From an uncultured Bdellovibrionales bacterium (GTDB lineage: Bacteria > Patescibacteriota > Minisyncoccia > Moranbacterales > DUUL01), in the NCBI GenBank assembly GCA_964346295.1, contig CAYFUG010000001.1:20325-84324 (forward strand): a stretch of DNA of 64,000 bases, given 5' to 3'. This document shows, in pieces, positions 39,916 through 50,158 of this stretch. Below the pieces are notes generated by a model, which was not told where the DNA came from, did not search any database, and saw nothing but the letters and a program-made list of their open reading frames with translations. Made by a program: the position numbers and the translations under genes. Each line of letters begins with the position of its first letter. Within the stretch, counting starts at the first letter, position 1.

Positions 39916-41475
39916 TTAAACTAAAATTCCCAGCAAACTAGCCCCGCTCATCCCCGCCGGTTGCTCCAATTCCATAAGGTTTAATACCGTAGGAGGGATA
40001 TCAACAATCATCCCCTGAATCTGAGCCATCGGCATTTCTAAAGGCTCTGATCGGTGATTGTCAGGAGACACCAACCAACAAGGCACCGGATTAGTAGAAT
40101 GTTCTGTGTCCCTCTCTCCAGTTTTCAAATTAACCATCTCTTCCACGTTTCCGTGATCAGCGGTAATTAGTAAGCTTCCTTCCTGGGCTAACACCGCCTT
40201 AATTAGAATCCCTAAACAGCGATCAGTTTCCTCCACCGCCTTCACTCCTGCCTCATAATCCCCAGTATGACCCACCATGTCAGGATTTGCGTAATTAACC
40301 AAAATGAAATCATACTGCTGAGTCTCTAAGGCCGCCGAAAGCTTATCGGTAATCTCCTGAGCACTCATCTCTGGAGCCTGGTCATAGGTCGCTACTTTTT
40401 GAGAAGGAATAATTTCCCGCTCTTCTCCCTCTAAAGGCTTCTCTAGCCCCCCGTTAAAAAAATAGGTGACATGCGCATACTTTTCGGTTTCTGCGATCCG
40501 ATACTGCTTTTTCCCGGCCTTAGACACCTCTTCTCCTAGACGCACTGTAATCTCCTGAGGAGGAAACACTACTGTCGCCGGAAGCTCGCTTTCGTATTCC
40601 GTAAAAGTAAAGAGTTGGACTTCTGGAACTTGCTGAGCTTTTTCAAATTTATCAAAATTAGGCATTGCTAAAGCTTGAGAAATCTGCCTTGCTCGATCTT
40701 CTCGGTAATTAAAGAAAATCACGACATCTCCTGATTGAATAGTAGCCACTGGCTGACCCTCTTCTGTCACCACAATCGGCTCGATAAATTCATCAAAAAT
40801 TTCCTTCTGATACTGCTCCTGAATAGCCGCCAAAGGGTCTTCCGCCTGAATACCTTCTCCTACAGTCATTGCCAAATAACCCCGCTCTACTCGGTCATAA
40901 TTCTGATTACGATCCATGGTGTGATAGCGACCAGTAACAGTAGCGATTTTACCCACCCCCGTCCGCTGAATTTGTTCCTGAACCTTACCTAAAAACTTCT
41001 CAGCGCTTTTAGGAGAAGTATCTCGTCCGTCAGTTACTGCGTGCAAATAAACCTCAGGAAATTTAACTCGAGCCGCCATCTCTAATAGACTAATCAAATG
41101 CCGAATATGCGAGTGCACTCCACCGTCACTGGTCAAGCCCAATAAGTGCACCCGGGAATTATTGGCCTTAGCTTGTTCAAAAGCCTTCAGTAAAATTTCG
41201 TTTTCAAAAAAAGAACCGTTTTGAATAGCAGTGTCAATCAACGGCAAATACTGGTAGATAATTTGGCCGGTACCAATGGTCTGATGACCTACCTCGCTAT
41301 TACCGGGAGCCCCCCACGGCAACCCCACTGACAAACTAGAGGCCTGTAATAAAGTTTTGGGGTAATACTGATCTAGTTTTTGAATAGTCGGTAAATTAGC
41401 ATGCGCTAAAGGATTGCCTTTGGGCTCCCCTTGCTCTCCCCAGCCGTCTAAAATTACGAGTACTACTGGTTTCAT
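39916..41475 (-). CDS. gpmI: 2,3-bisphosphoglycerate-independent phosphoglycerate mutase
   Basis: ILDGWG, GNSEVGH, DGRDT, AETEKYAHVTYFFNGG, DMVGHTG and TADHGN. Confidence 0.98.
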   Translation of the reverse strand: MKPVVLVILDGWGEQGEPKGNPLAHANLPTIQKLDQYYPKTLLQASSLSVGLPWGAPGNSEVGHQTIGTGQIIYQYLPLIDTAIQNGSFFENEILLKAFEQAKANNSRVHLLGLTSDGGVHSHIRHLISLLEMAARVKFPEVYLHAVTDGRDTSPKSAEKFLGKVQEQIQRTGVGKIATVTGRYHTMDRNQNYDRVERGYLAMTVGEGIQAEDPLAAIQEQYQKEIFDEFIEPIVVTEEGQPVATIQSGDVVIFFNYREDRARQISQALAMPNFDKFEKAQQVPEVQLFTFTEYESELPATVVFPPQEITVRLGEEVSKAGKKQYRIAETEKYAHVTYFFNGGLEKPLEGEEREIIPSQKVATYDQAPEMSAQEITDKLSAALETQQYDFILVNYANPDMVGHTGDYEAGVKAVEETDRCLGILIKAVLAQEGSLLITADHGNVEEMVNLKTGERDTEHSTNPVPCWLVSPDNHRSEPLEMPMAQIQGMIVDIPPTVLNLMELEQPAGMSGASLLGILV

Positions 41476-41513
41476 GGTTATTTTTTAATCTTTATTTTGT
41501 CTTATATCAGTCT

Positions 41514-42002
41514 TTAAGATTCTGTTTTAAAACGAGCTTCAATAAGGTCAAAAATTTCTTCTGCTCCAAATTGCATTTCTTCTCTTTTTAAACTTTCTAG
41601 CTTAACCCAGCGAGGTTTTTCGCATTCATCTTCTTGATCCACCTGATCATCCGGTAAAAGCTCTGCTGTTTTAGGTTTGCAATTATAATAAAAGGCTAAG
41701 TTATGATAAGCCGCATCCAAGGGTTCATAATAAAAAAACGCCTCTTTAAAGGTAAGTAACTCCTCAACCTCAATTTCGATTCCCGCTTCCTCTCTGACCT
41801 CTCTTTTCATCCCTTCTTCAACTCTCTCGCCCAATTCCACTCCCCCGCCTGGAAACCAATATCTTCCAGTAGTTTTAGTTTTTAACAACAAAATTTCGTT
41901 CTTTTTGTTGACAACCACTGCATGAGCCGCCGGCCTAAAAACTAGCTTTTCTCGAGGAATCAATTTCTTTCCTCCGGTCAAAGTATCACATTTTATCAGC
42001 AT
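41514..42002 (-). CDS. NUDIX hydrolase
   Basis: PGGGVELGERVEEGMKREVREEAGI Nudix box. Confidence 0.9.
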   Translation of the reverse strand: MLIKCDTLTGGKKLIPREKLVFRPAAHAVVVNKKNEILLLKTKTTGRYWFPGGGVELGERVEEGMKREVREEAGIEIEVEELLTFKEAFFYYEPLDAAYHNLAFYYNCKPKTAELLPDDQVDQEDECEKPRWVKLESLKREEMQFGAEEIFDLIEARFKTES

Positions 42003-42169
42003 GAAATCTTCTTTAGTAAGGGAGACCTGGACTTAAATATTTCGACCACTTGACATTATTTCTTTTTGGGTATATATTCATTATAGATAAACGACCCGAA
42101 TCAAAATCTCAAACCTTTCATTTTTAAGATTTGAGGTCATTAAAAATCTAGAAAGGAGGTGTATGCAAC

Positions 42170-42415
42170 ATGCCTAATAGAAATGGAACCGGCCCTCAAG
42201 GCGCCGGACCCCTCACCGGAAGAGGCTTAGGCCCTTGCGGTAGAGGAGACAACCAAACTCGCCCTGGTAACAGAGCCAACCGATGCTCCAGCGGCTTTAG
42301 AAGTAGTTGGAACAACTGGAGAAATAGGAGTAACAACCAAAGACTCAGAAGAGGATTTCGCAACAATCCTCAACCGAACAACAACGAAACTACTCCTGCT
42401 GATACCTCTAACTAA
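42170..42415 (+). CDS. DUF5320 family Gly/Arg-rich small protein
   Basis: MPNRNGTGPQGAGPLTGRGLGPC; strong SD AAAGGAGGT. Confidence 0.85.
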   Translation: MPNRNGTGPQGAGPLTGRGLGPCGRGDNQTRPGNRANRCSSGFRSSWNNWRNRSNNQRLRRGFRNNPQPNNNETTPADTSN

Positions 42416-42587
42416 GCAGCTTCGCTAGCCAAGGCGAGCAATCTAGCTAAAAATTTCCCTGGTCTCTAAATGACTGTTGCAATCCTAATTGTAACTTTCT
42501 CAACAATCAAAGTCCAGCGGAAATTTTTGGTTTTTTAAAAAATAGCTTCCGACGCCTCAAGCTATAAAATTTTAGCAACCAAAACTA

Positions 42588-42707
42588 AGAATTGCGAATT
42601 TGAGGAAATTTCTAGGCAAAGTCGAGGCTTTGCGTGAGCCGTACTGAAAGGTACGGTGAATGCGAAACACAGACTTTAACAACGAAATTTCCCAAAAGCG
42701 CAATTCT
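42588..42707 (+). repeat. Rod-hairpin repeat family A, copy 1
   Basis: AGAATTGCG..AAATTTCTAGGC..GAGCCGTACTGAAAGGTACGGTGA..AACAACGAAATTT..CGCAATTCT. Confidence 0.8.
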
Positions 42708-42718
42708 CTCGCAAAACC

Positions 42719-43000
42719 ATGCCCCGACCCCGCAAACATCATCGCCTCTGTTTCCAACCCAAATCCTATTATTTTAAACCTCAAGGCCTCCCCTTGCGCA
42801 ATTTGCAAGAAATCACTCTCAAGTCAGAAGAAATTGAAGCGTTTAAGCTCAAGCACTACGATCAACTAGACCAGCACCAAGCCGCCCATCAAATGAACAC
42901 TTCTCAAAGCACCTTCCAAAGAATCCTTTCTCGCGCTCAAAGTAAAATTGCCTCGGCCTTAGTGGAAGGCTCCGCTTTAAGAATCGAAGAAAAAAGTTAA
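42719..43000 (+). CDS. DUF134 family DNA-binding protein
   Basis: MPRPRK...YFKPQG...EE.EA..L...Q..AA..M..SQSTF.RIL..A..KIA.ALVEG. Confidence 0.9.
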   Translation: MPRPRKHHRLCFQPKSYYFKPQGLPLRNLQEITLKSEEIEAFKLKHYDQLDQHQAAHQMNTSQSTFQRILSRAQSKIASALVEGSALRIEEKS

Positions 43001-43431
43001 AATTGAAGCGGATCAAATCCCTGCTTAAACAAATTTTCTTGAGGCACGAATAAGGGACTAGGGAATTTCTCTCGAGCCCACTCAAACCACTCCCACTTCT
43101 CACACTTATCTGGTTCACATACTGCTACTTTTCCGGAGGCATAGCCCGCTACCATGATAATAGTGATGTAATGTTTGTCTTCTTTTTCAAAAATATCGTT
43201 GGTAGCAGTTCCAAAGCGCAAGTTTTCAATCTCGATTCCCGCTTCTTCGCGTGTCTCCCGCCGGGCACATTCTTCCCAGCTTTCGCCAAATTCCAAATGC
43301 CCACCTGGAAAGCACCAACTCCCGTCTCCGTGAGAGTTTTTGCGCTTTCCCAAAAGCACCTTCCTATCTTTGAGGACGCAAACTCCCAGGCCTACTCTTA
43401 CTTGTTTTTGTTGATTTTGGGTTTCTGACAT
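42997..43431 (-). CDS. NUDIX hydrolase (MutT/NUDT15-like)
   Basis: VLLGKRK.SHG.G.W.FPGGHLEFGESWEECARRETREEAG and EPDKCE.WEW. Confidence 0.92.
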   Translation of the reverse strand: MSETQNQQKQVRVGLGVCVLKDRKVLLGKRKNSHGDGSWCFPGGHLEFGESWEECARRETREEAGIEIENLRFGTATNDIFEKEDKHYITIIMVAGYASGKVAVCEPDKCEKWEWFEWAREKFPSPLFVPQENLFKQGFDPLQF

Positions 43432-43474
43432 GCAAATAAAAATCTGGTACTGCTAACTAAAAATACCCAACCGT

Positions 43475-43558
43475 TGTCATTCCGACTGAAGCAAAGCGAA
43501 ATGAAGAAATCTTAGCTGAAAAATGACACAAAATCCCTTGAATTCGCTCAGGATGACA
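43475..43558. repeat. GTCATT-class REP-like hairpin
   Basis: TGTCATTCCGA...TCAGGATGACA imperfect IR. Confidence 0.6.
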
Positions 43559-43649
43559 GATCGAGTACCTTAGAGCTATACTTTGTTAGCAATGCCAAAA
43601 ATCTTAAAGCTTCTACAAAAAACTATAAAAAAATCCGGGAAGACCATTG

Positions 43650-43801
43650 AAAACTTCCAAATTTGAGTGAAGCTCTAGGCGACGCCGAGGCTTTGGCTGA
43701 CCTGTCCCATTTAGCTTTAGCGGTGCGGGAGCCGTACTGTTTGGTACGGTGAAGACAAAACGCAGGCGGCAACAACGAAATTTACCGGATTTGGAAGTTT
43801 T
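43650..43801 (+). repeat. Rod-hairpin repeat family A, copy 2 (30-bp insert at 43701-43730)
   Basis: AAAACTTCCAAAT..CTAGGC..GCCGTACTGTTTGGTACGGTGA..AACAACGAAATTT..ATTTGGAAGTTTT. Confidence 0.8.
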
Positions 43802-43804
43802 AAG

Positions 43805-44839
43805 CTAAAACTGGCGAAGAAACCGCAAATCCCCACTCTTAAACAATCGAATATCATCAATTTTATGTTTCATCATCGCTAGCCGCTCAATTCCAAATCC
43901 CCAAGCGAAGCCTTGATATTTACCCTTAGGATAACCGGCCGCCTCAAACACTTTTTGATTGACCATTCCGGCTCCGCCCACTTCTAACCAACCAGAATTT
44001 TTGCAGCCCCGACAACCCTTACCACCACACATCGTACAAGAAATATCAAATTCAAAACTGGGCTCGGTGAAAGGAAAGTAACTAGGGCGCAATCGGATTT
44101 CCAAATCTTGTCCAAAAAACACCGAAAAGAACTGCTGGGCGATATTTTTAAAATGGGCCACTGAAACATCTTCGCCTACTACTAAGGCCTCAAATTGATA
44201 CAGCGTATGCTCGTGAGTAGCGTCGGTGGCTTCATTACGAAAAGCCCGCCCGGGAATAATAATCCGAAAAGGCGGCTGATTTTGCTGCATGTAACGCACC
44301 TGGGTGTTAGAGGTGTGGGTCCGCAGCAATAAACGATCTCGCTCATTCTTCTTGTCAATAGTTTGCTTGACCCAAAAAGTATCCTGCATATCTCGCGCCG
44401 GGTGATCGGCCGGCACATTGAGAGCCGAGAAGTTATACCACTCATTTTCAACTTCCGGGCCATCCGCCACCTCAAAACCTAAGGTGGTGAAAATTTCCTC
44501 AATCCGCCGCTGCGTTTGAGTGAGAATATTCAAGCGTCCTTGTTCCTGCTTTTGACCAGGAGCAGTCACATCAATCCAGTCTTGCTCCTTAACTAAACTT
44601 TCTAATTGCCGCTTTTGTTCCTCAATTAAATCACTCAATTCTTGCTTGACCTGATTGGCCAAGGATCCGATTTTCTTCTTCTCCTCTCCGGAAAGATCTT
44701 TTAGTTGACGCAAGACAAGTGTCAGCTGCCCCTTCCGGCCTAAGTAAAAAACCCGGGATTTTTCCAAAGCTTCCTCAGTCAAGGCTTCTTTGATGTTTTT
44801 TTGAGCCGCTTGTTTAATTTTCTCAATTTTTTTCTGCAT
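43805..44839 (-). CDS. pheS: Phenylalanine-tRNA ligase alpha subunit
   Basis: HPARDMQDTF, LLRTHTS, RPSYFPFTEPS and GFAWGFGIERL. Confidence 0.98.
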   Translation of the reverse strand: MQKKIEKIKQAAQKNIKEALTEEALEKSRVFYLGRKGQLTLVLRQLKDLSGEEKKKIGSLANQVKQELSDLIEEQKRQLESLVKEQDWIDVTAPGQKQEQGRLNILTQTQRRIEEIFTTLGFEVADGPEVENEWYNFSALNVPADHPARDMQDTFWVKQTIDKKNERDRLLLRTHTSNTQVRYMQQNQPPFRIIIPGRAFRNEATDATHEHTLYQFEALVVGEDVSVAHFKNIAQQFFSVFFGQDLEIRLRPSYFPFTEPSFEFDISCTMCGGKGCRGCKNSGWLEVGGAGMVNQKVFEAAGYPKGKYQGFAWGFGIERLAMMKHKIDDIRLFKSGDLRFLRQF

Positions 44840-44903
44840 AGAGAGATTTTTAGATTGAATTTTCTACAGCTCCCATTCTAATAGAAATGGTAACAAAAAG
44901 CAA

Positions 44904-44935
44904 AAGTAGGGGTGAAATATATTCCACCCCTACTT
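44904..44935. repeat. GTAG-class REP palindrome
   Basis: AAGTAGGGGTG...CACCCCTACTT. Confidence 0.65.
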
Positions 44936-44986
44936 ATAATGTAATCAATAAAAAGGAAGGCCGTGACCAGTCTCCTCCATAATAGT

Positions 44987-45580
44987 TTAATTCTGGTCCT
45001 CTTTTTTTGAGGCCTGCTCAGAATTAATCTCCCTCTCCGAAGATTGCTCTAATCCCCAACCTCCTTCGTAAACAATCTCTTCCACTTTCCAAGGATCAGG
45101 ACCTCTAGAAACCTCAATTTCAGCGCTTTCTTCTGTCGTCGCTTCTACCCCCCCTTCTCTTAAAGCTTCTCTTTGAGTATTATTAAAAGTTCTCCCGGCA
45201 GCTCCTGCTGTAATCTGATCTTTACTTCCTGTCTCCCCTCTCCTCGCCTCATCTTCATTCAATTCTTCTGATACTTCTTTCTTTTGTTGAGATTGATCCT
45301 TTTCTTCAAAAAGAGGCTTCGCTTCTACCGCCTCCTCCAAGGATTTCACCCGAGAAAAACCTTCAATCATCTTTCCTCCCATGTAAGCAAATCCCGAGAG
45401 GGCAATTACCAGAAAGATGGCTCCCGCGATTGGAGCTAAGATACTCCCAAATAAAAATTCCACTTCTTGAGTGGTATTAATTTTTTTGAAATACATAAAA
45501 GCTCCCGCGGAGATTCCTAGGGTTATCGCTAAAAAAACTAGCACAGTCCAATTTTCGACTAAAACTTCTGCAATAATCAT
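44987..45580 (-). CDS. Two-TM hypothetical protein with acidic tail
   Basis: 197-aa ORF with two hydrophobic helices. Confidence 0.6.
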   Translation of the reverse strand: MIIAEVLVENWTVLVFLAITLGISAGAFMYFKKINTTQEVEFLFGSILAPIAGAIFLVIALSGFAYMGGKMIEGFSRVKSLEEAVEAKPLFEEKDQSQQKKEVSEELNEDEARRGETGSKDQITAGAAGRTFNNTQREALREGGVEATTEESAEIEVSRGPDPWKVEEIVYEGGWGLEQSSEREINSEQASKKEDQN

Positions 45581-45712
45581 GGCTTTGGTTGTTATCCAAA
45601 AGATTATTCTGCACTAAATGTCAAGGCAATTTCAACACTTTCTACTCTTCCTAAATTATAACATTTTTAATGAAAAAAGTCAAGGAAAAACAGTCTCTAG
45701 CAACCGAAATCA

Positions 45713-45833
45713 AGGCTTTCTCGCTTTAGAAAAGTTCTAGGCGCGACTGAGCACCGAAGCGAGGCGTACTGAGAGATACGGCGAACGAGGCGTGGAAGTC
45801 GCAACAACAAAATTTTCAAAGCGAGGAAGTCCT
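45713..45833 (+). repeat. Rod-hairpin repeat family A, copy 3
   Basis: AGGCTTTCTCGCTTT..CTAGGC..GAGGCGTACTGAGAGATACGGCGA..AACAACAAAATTTTCAAAGCGAGGAAGTCCT; overlaps the tyrS stop. Confidence 0.8.
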
Positions 45834-47040
45834 AAAACTCCAGTTTCCGATAATTCCGCTTGCCCACCTTCAAAATCCTACCTTGCCAATCAGCGCTAAC
45901 TTCCACGCTTGGATCCTTCAAATCTTTACCCGCTAATTTCACTCCGCCTTGCTTAATCAGCCGCTTGGCTTCACTTTTACTAGGCGCTAATTGGCTAGAG
46001 GCTAACAGTTCCACTAGGCTGGTTCCAGCCTTAACTTTGAGCTCCTCAATTTCTTCCGGGGCCTCTTTTTTCTGGACCGTCCGTTCAAAATGAGCCTGGG
46101 CCTGTTCTGCCGCCTGTTGACTTTGGTTAATTTTGACGACTTCAAAAGCCAAGCGTTTTTTAGCTTCCATTGGCTCCAACTGAATAATCTGCTCAATTTC
46201 TGACTGAGGAATTTGCGTGCACAGCTCCAAAGCCCGCTCGATTACGCCGTCATCCCAGCTCATCACCCGGCCAAACATGTCTTCTGGCGCCTGATCCAAA
46301 AATACTGCGTTGCCCTCGCTCTTACCCATTTTTTTACCCTGATCATCCGCCAAAAGCTTGAGAGTCATTACAAACTTTTCTTTGTTCTTCAGGCTCCTTA
46401 ATAAATCTCGCCCGCACATCATATTGAACATCTGGTCGTTGCCGCCCACTTCCAAGTCCACATCCATCGCCACGCTGTCGTAGCCCTGCACTAAGGGGTA
46501 GAGAAATTCGTGCAAATAAATCGGCTTATCACTCTGGAGACGCTGTTGAAACATCTCTCGCGCCAACATCTGCTGCACCGTAAAATTAGAAGCGAGTTCG
46601 ATCACTTCTTTAAAGCTCAGTTTGTCATTCCACTCGCTATTGTGCTTAACTTGAGCCGGATTGTCGCCGGCAAAATCTAAATAACCGCTCGCTTGAGCCT
46701 GGTAACTCTTGCTGTTAGCCAAAACTTCTTCTCTGGTGAGCTTTTTGCGGACTGATTCTTTGTCGGTGGGATCGCCGATCATGCCGGTAAAATCGCCTAT
46801 CAAAAAAATCACTTCGTGGCCTAATTTTTGAAACTGGGCCAATTTGTTAATCTGAATGGCGTTTCCGATATGCAAAGAAGCGGCCGTGGGATCAAAGCCG
46901 CAGTAAAGTCGCAGCCGCTCACCCTTCAGTAGCTTCTTTTTTAAAGTCTCTTTATCAGGATAGATCTGCTCTACCCCGCGAGTTAATAATTCTTCAATCT
47001 GAGCTTCCTCAGTGATAGTTTTCGCCATAGTAAACAACAT
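45832..47040 (-). CDS. tyrS: Tyrosine-tRNA ligase
   Basis: GFDPTA.SLHIGN, YPLVQGYD, GGNDQ, KMGKS and C-terminal S4 domain; alternative start at 47028. Confidence 0.98.
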   Translation of the reverse strand: MLFTMAKTITEEAQIEELLTRGVEQIYPDKETLKKKLLKGERLRLYCGFDPTAASLHIGNAIQINKLAQFQKLGHEVIFLIGDFTGMIGDPTDKESVRKKLTREEVLANSKSYQAQASGYLDFAGDNPAQVKHNSEWNDKLSFKEVIELASNFTVQQMLAREMFQQRLQSDKPIYLHEFLYPLVQGYDSVAMDVDLEVGGNDQMFNMMCGRDLLRSLKNKEKFVMTLKLLADDQGKKMGKSEGNAVFLDQAPEDMFGRVMSWDDGVIERALELCTQIPQSEIEQIIQLEPMEAKKRLAFEVVKINQSQQAAEQAQAHFERTVQKKEAPEEIEELKVKAGTSLVELLASSQLAPSKSEAKRLIKQGGVKLAGKDLKDPSVEVSADWQGRILKVGKRNYRKLEF

Positions 47041-47233
47041 TAAACATTATCTTTCCCTCAAGGATAACATTCCGATTTTAAAAAGTAAAAACCAAATCAA
47101 ATCAATCTATAAGAACATAAAATCTCCCGCACCATCGAAATTTTCTCTCTTGAATTTCTCTCCCTCTATGCTAACCTCCCAAGTAGTAGTGACAGCATCT
47201 CAATACCCAAATCAAACTAAAACCAACAACTAA

Positions 47234-47965
47234 ATGGACATCGACTCAATCCTCCTTGTCTTATTAGGCCTCTCTGTTCTGGGCCTCTCCCTCACCCTGG
47301 TTGCCCCGGGAATGTTTAAATTTTTAGTAGACACTCCCGAGCAGCAAAAAGAACTTCACTGGGCCTGGTCCTCGCTGCTGATTTTTGCCATCATCGCTCT
47401 CACCTTAACTCAGGTGGAAGCCCGCCATCGCCAAGACAACTTTGAGCGCCTCGCTCAAGTTAAGCAACAGGTTTTGGTCGCTAAGGCTTCCGGAAATTCC
47501 CACCAGAGCTCTTCTGCCAAACCAGAAGAGCAAACAGCTACTACTACCACTATAGCCTCCGTTACTCAAATCATTGATGGCGACACCTTTAAGGCTAAAG
47601 TTAAAGACGAAGTTTACACCATTCGCCTCTTGGGAATTGACACTCCGGAGCTAGCCTATGGTTCTCAAACTGCCCAGTGCGGATCCCAGGCCGCTACTAA
47701 TCGGATCCGGGAATTACTAGAAAATCAGCCAGTATACTTAGTTCCCGACCTCCACAAAGGCGAAGACTGCGACACTCAAGGTCGTCTTTTGCGTTATGTC
47801 TTTCTGACTGACAAAACCTTCGTCAATCATCTTTTAATCAAAGAAGGACTGGCCCGAGAATTGACCTACAACACTCCTTACCAGTATCAGCGCGATTTTC
47901 GCTCTGCCCAAGCCGCCGCCCAAAACCACCAACGCGGCATTTGGAACTCCCAAGCCTGCCCCTAA
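47234..47965 (+). CDS. Membrane-anchored thermonuclease (SNase-like)
   Basis: IDGDT, IRLLGIDTPE, GRLLRYV and RGIW. Confidence 0.92.
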   Translation: MDIDSILLVLLGLSVLGLSLTLVAPGMFKFLVDTPEQQKELHWAWSSLLIFAIIALTLTQVEARHRQDNFERLAQVKQQVLVAKASGNSHQSSSAKPEEQTATTTTIASVTQIIDGDTFKAKVKDEVYTIRLLGIDTPELAYGSQTAQCGSQAATNRIRELLENQPVYLVPDLHKGEDCDTQGRLLRYVFLTDKTFVNHLLIKEGLARELTYNTPYQYQRDFRSAQAAAQNHQRGIWNSQACP

Positions 47966-47990
47966 AAAATCAGCTCCCATTTTATGAAAG

Positions 47991-48011
47991 CCTGCCTGCC
48001 GGCAAGGCAGG
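47991..48011. repeat. CCTGCCTGCCGGCA(A)GGCAGG near-palindrome
   Basis: Near-identical to the palindrome at 54133-54152. Confidence 0.75.
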
Positions 48012-48160
48012 GGGGTCAGAGGAGGTTGAGAAGGCAACCTACGGGGAGAAGTGGCCACATTACCAAGGCATTCCCAGTTTTTGATTTTTTAAAGTTTCAA
48101 TTTTAAGCCTCTATTCTTATTCAAGGCTTTCAAATTTTCAAAATTTGGAAGTCTCTACAA

Positions 48161-49033
48161 TTACTCGAAGATCACTGTCTTATTGCCCTTGGTAAAAACC
48201 CGGTCCTCACTCGCCAAGCGTACCGCCTTGATAAGTACTGATTTTTCTACTTCCTGACCGGCCTGGCGCAATTTAGCCACATCAAAAGCATGACTAACTC
48301 TGGCAATATCCTGAGCGATAATCGGACCTTGGTCCAGCTTCTCCGTTACCCAGTGAGCAGTGGCACCAATAATCTTCACTCCTCGCTGATAAGCCTGCCG
48401 ATAGGGATTAGCCCCCACAAAAGCCGGCAAAAAAGAGTGGTGAATGTTGATGATCCGACCCGGAAATTCCCTCACGAAAGCCGCCGAGAGAATCCGCATG
48501 TACTTGGCCAAAACCAAAAAATCCGGTTGATATTTTTTCACCGCCGCTAAGGCCGCCGCCTCTTGCTCCTGCTGGCTCCGACTCTCATGAGAGGCTAATT
48601 CAAATGGTAGTTGAAATTTCTCCACTAGCTCCCGCAACTGTTCGTGATTACTAACCACCGCTACCACTTCAATATTAAGCTGATTGTAAGCATTTTGCAC
48701 TAGTAGTTCCGCCAAGCAATGATGCTCGGTAGTAGCCAAAACTACCACCCGTTTTTTACCACTCGCCGGCATTCTCACCTGAGCCTTTTTCAGCAAAACC
48801 TCTCGCACTTTTTTCAAAAGCTCCTTGCCCTTCCCTCGAGCCAGATCTGCCTCAAATTCGGTGCGCATAAAAAAATGAGCCGTTTTTGCTTCAGCCTCAT
48901 TAGCCTCAGAAACTTCCACAAACTCTCGGTTGGAGATGATATTGCCGCCAAACTCCAAAAGCGCTCCCGTCACCGAGTGAATAATCCCCTTTTGATCGGG
49001 ACAATCGATTAGCAAAATATGTGATTGGATCAT
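48161..49033 (-). CDS. purU: Formyltetrahydrofolate deformylase
   Basis: ACT domain CPDQKGI, FFMR, HCL, VLAKYMRILS, INIHHSFLPAF.GA.PY and LDQGPII.Q. Confidence 0.96.
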   Translation of the reverse strand: MIQSHILLIDCPDQKGIIHSVTGALLEFGGNIISNREFVEVSEANEAEAKTAHFFMRTEFEADLARGKGKELLKKVREVLLKKAQVRMPASGKKRVVVLATTEHHCLAELLVQNAYNQLNIEVVAVVSNHEQLRELVEKFQLPFELASHESRSQQEQEAAALAAVKKYQPDFLVLAKYMRILSAAFVREFPGRIINIHHSFLPAFVGANPYRQAYQRGVKIIGATAHWVTEKLDQGPIIAQDIARVSHAFDVAKLRQAGQEVEKSVLIKAVRLASEDRVFTKGNKTVIFE

Positions 49034-49062
49034 GAGCTACACTCTTTAGAATTAACTAGAAA

Positions 49063-50124
49063 CTAGAAATTACCCGATATTTCAAAGTTAATCAAGTTGG
49101 GATATTCTTTTTTAGCTTTCTTTAGCTCCAAAATCAACCTCTTCCAAGCTGGCATTCTATGAGGATTTTCGGGGTCAAAATTCTCACAGTATGCCTCAAT
49201 GAAAACCTCCTCGGGAATCCCAGCACCATTTTCATTTATTAGCTTAAGAAGATTGAACCGCTCCTCAACATAGCTACCTCCAGACCCAGAAAGTTTTATC
49301 GCTATCTCTTCAGTAACCGCCTCATTTAAAGCATTAAACTTCCTCTTTGAAAGACCACCAGTTCTTTCGAATTTGGTTTTAATGCTAAGGCCTGATTTAG
49401 TCTCGATTAAATTTCCAGATTCAAATCCCTCAAATTTAGTTTCTTTGAGGATTCTCCCTCCAACCACAGCATGCACTAACTCATGGAAAACTGCATGCCT
49501 TTGATCTTGCTCTTTGACAGTAGTAGAAATTCTTACAACCCAGTCTCTGTAACTAGCATATTTATCGTTAACCCCGTCTGTTAAAATTATAGGGGTATCT
49601 TCAATCCTTCTAGCTAAATCATCTTGGCTTAGGGTTAAATAGCCATCATCTATTAATTTAACTGCTTCCCTAGTAAAATCTTTCTTGAAATCATCAGCTC
49701 TCTCCTTGAATTCAGCCTCTTTTATTTTAAAGATTTTGATATGATTTTCAAAGATGCCTAGCAATAGTTCATCATCTATCGCCCCCCCCTCTAAAAGATC
49801 GCTTATAATCTCCGGAGTAAAATCGCCCTCGGCCACCCCTCTCAAGGAAATTAGCCTTTCTTTTAAAGCTGGTTCTCTTAAAGCCTCTTCGAATAATTGA
49901 AAATAATTCTCTGAATGATATTTATCTTTTAAGTAACTAACAAGGTATTTGCGCTCAAAATCGAAGGGGTTTTCTAGTTCTAATCCCTCTCTATGCCGCT
50001 TGTAAGAATCGACTTCCCACTCTCCAAAAGCCCTACCAGAAAGATTGGTAGTATTTTTTTCTTTCTTTTCTTGGTAAAATGGGTCGCCCTCTGAAACATA
50101 ACGAACAAACTTTTCTTTTACCAT
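49063..50124 (-). CDS. Hypothetical zinc metalloprotease-like protein
   Basis: HELVH followed by NEAVTE (gluzincin-like third ligand). Confidence 0.6.
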   Translation of the reverse strand: MVKEKFVRYVSEGDPFYQEKKEKNTTNLSGRAFGEWEVDSYKRHREGLELENPFDFERKYLVSYLKDKYHSENYFQLFEEALREPALKERLISLRGVAEGDFTPEIISDLLEGGAIDDELLLGIFENHIKIFKIKEAEFKERADDFKKDFTREAVKLIDDGYLTLSQDDLARRIEDTPIILTDGVNDKYASYRDWVVRISTTVKEQDQRHAVFHELVHAVVGGRILKETKFEGFESGNLIETKSGLSIKTKFERTGGLSKRKFNALNEAVTEEIAIKLSGSGGSYVEERFNLLKLINENGAGIPEEVFIEAYCENFDPENPHRMPAWKRLILELKKAKKEYPNLINFEISGNF

Positions 50125-50158
50125 TCCTTTAAAAAATTAGAAAATTATCTCCCAAAAA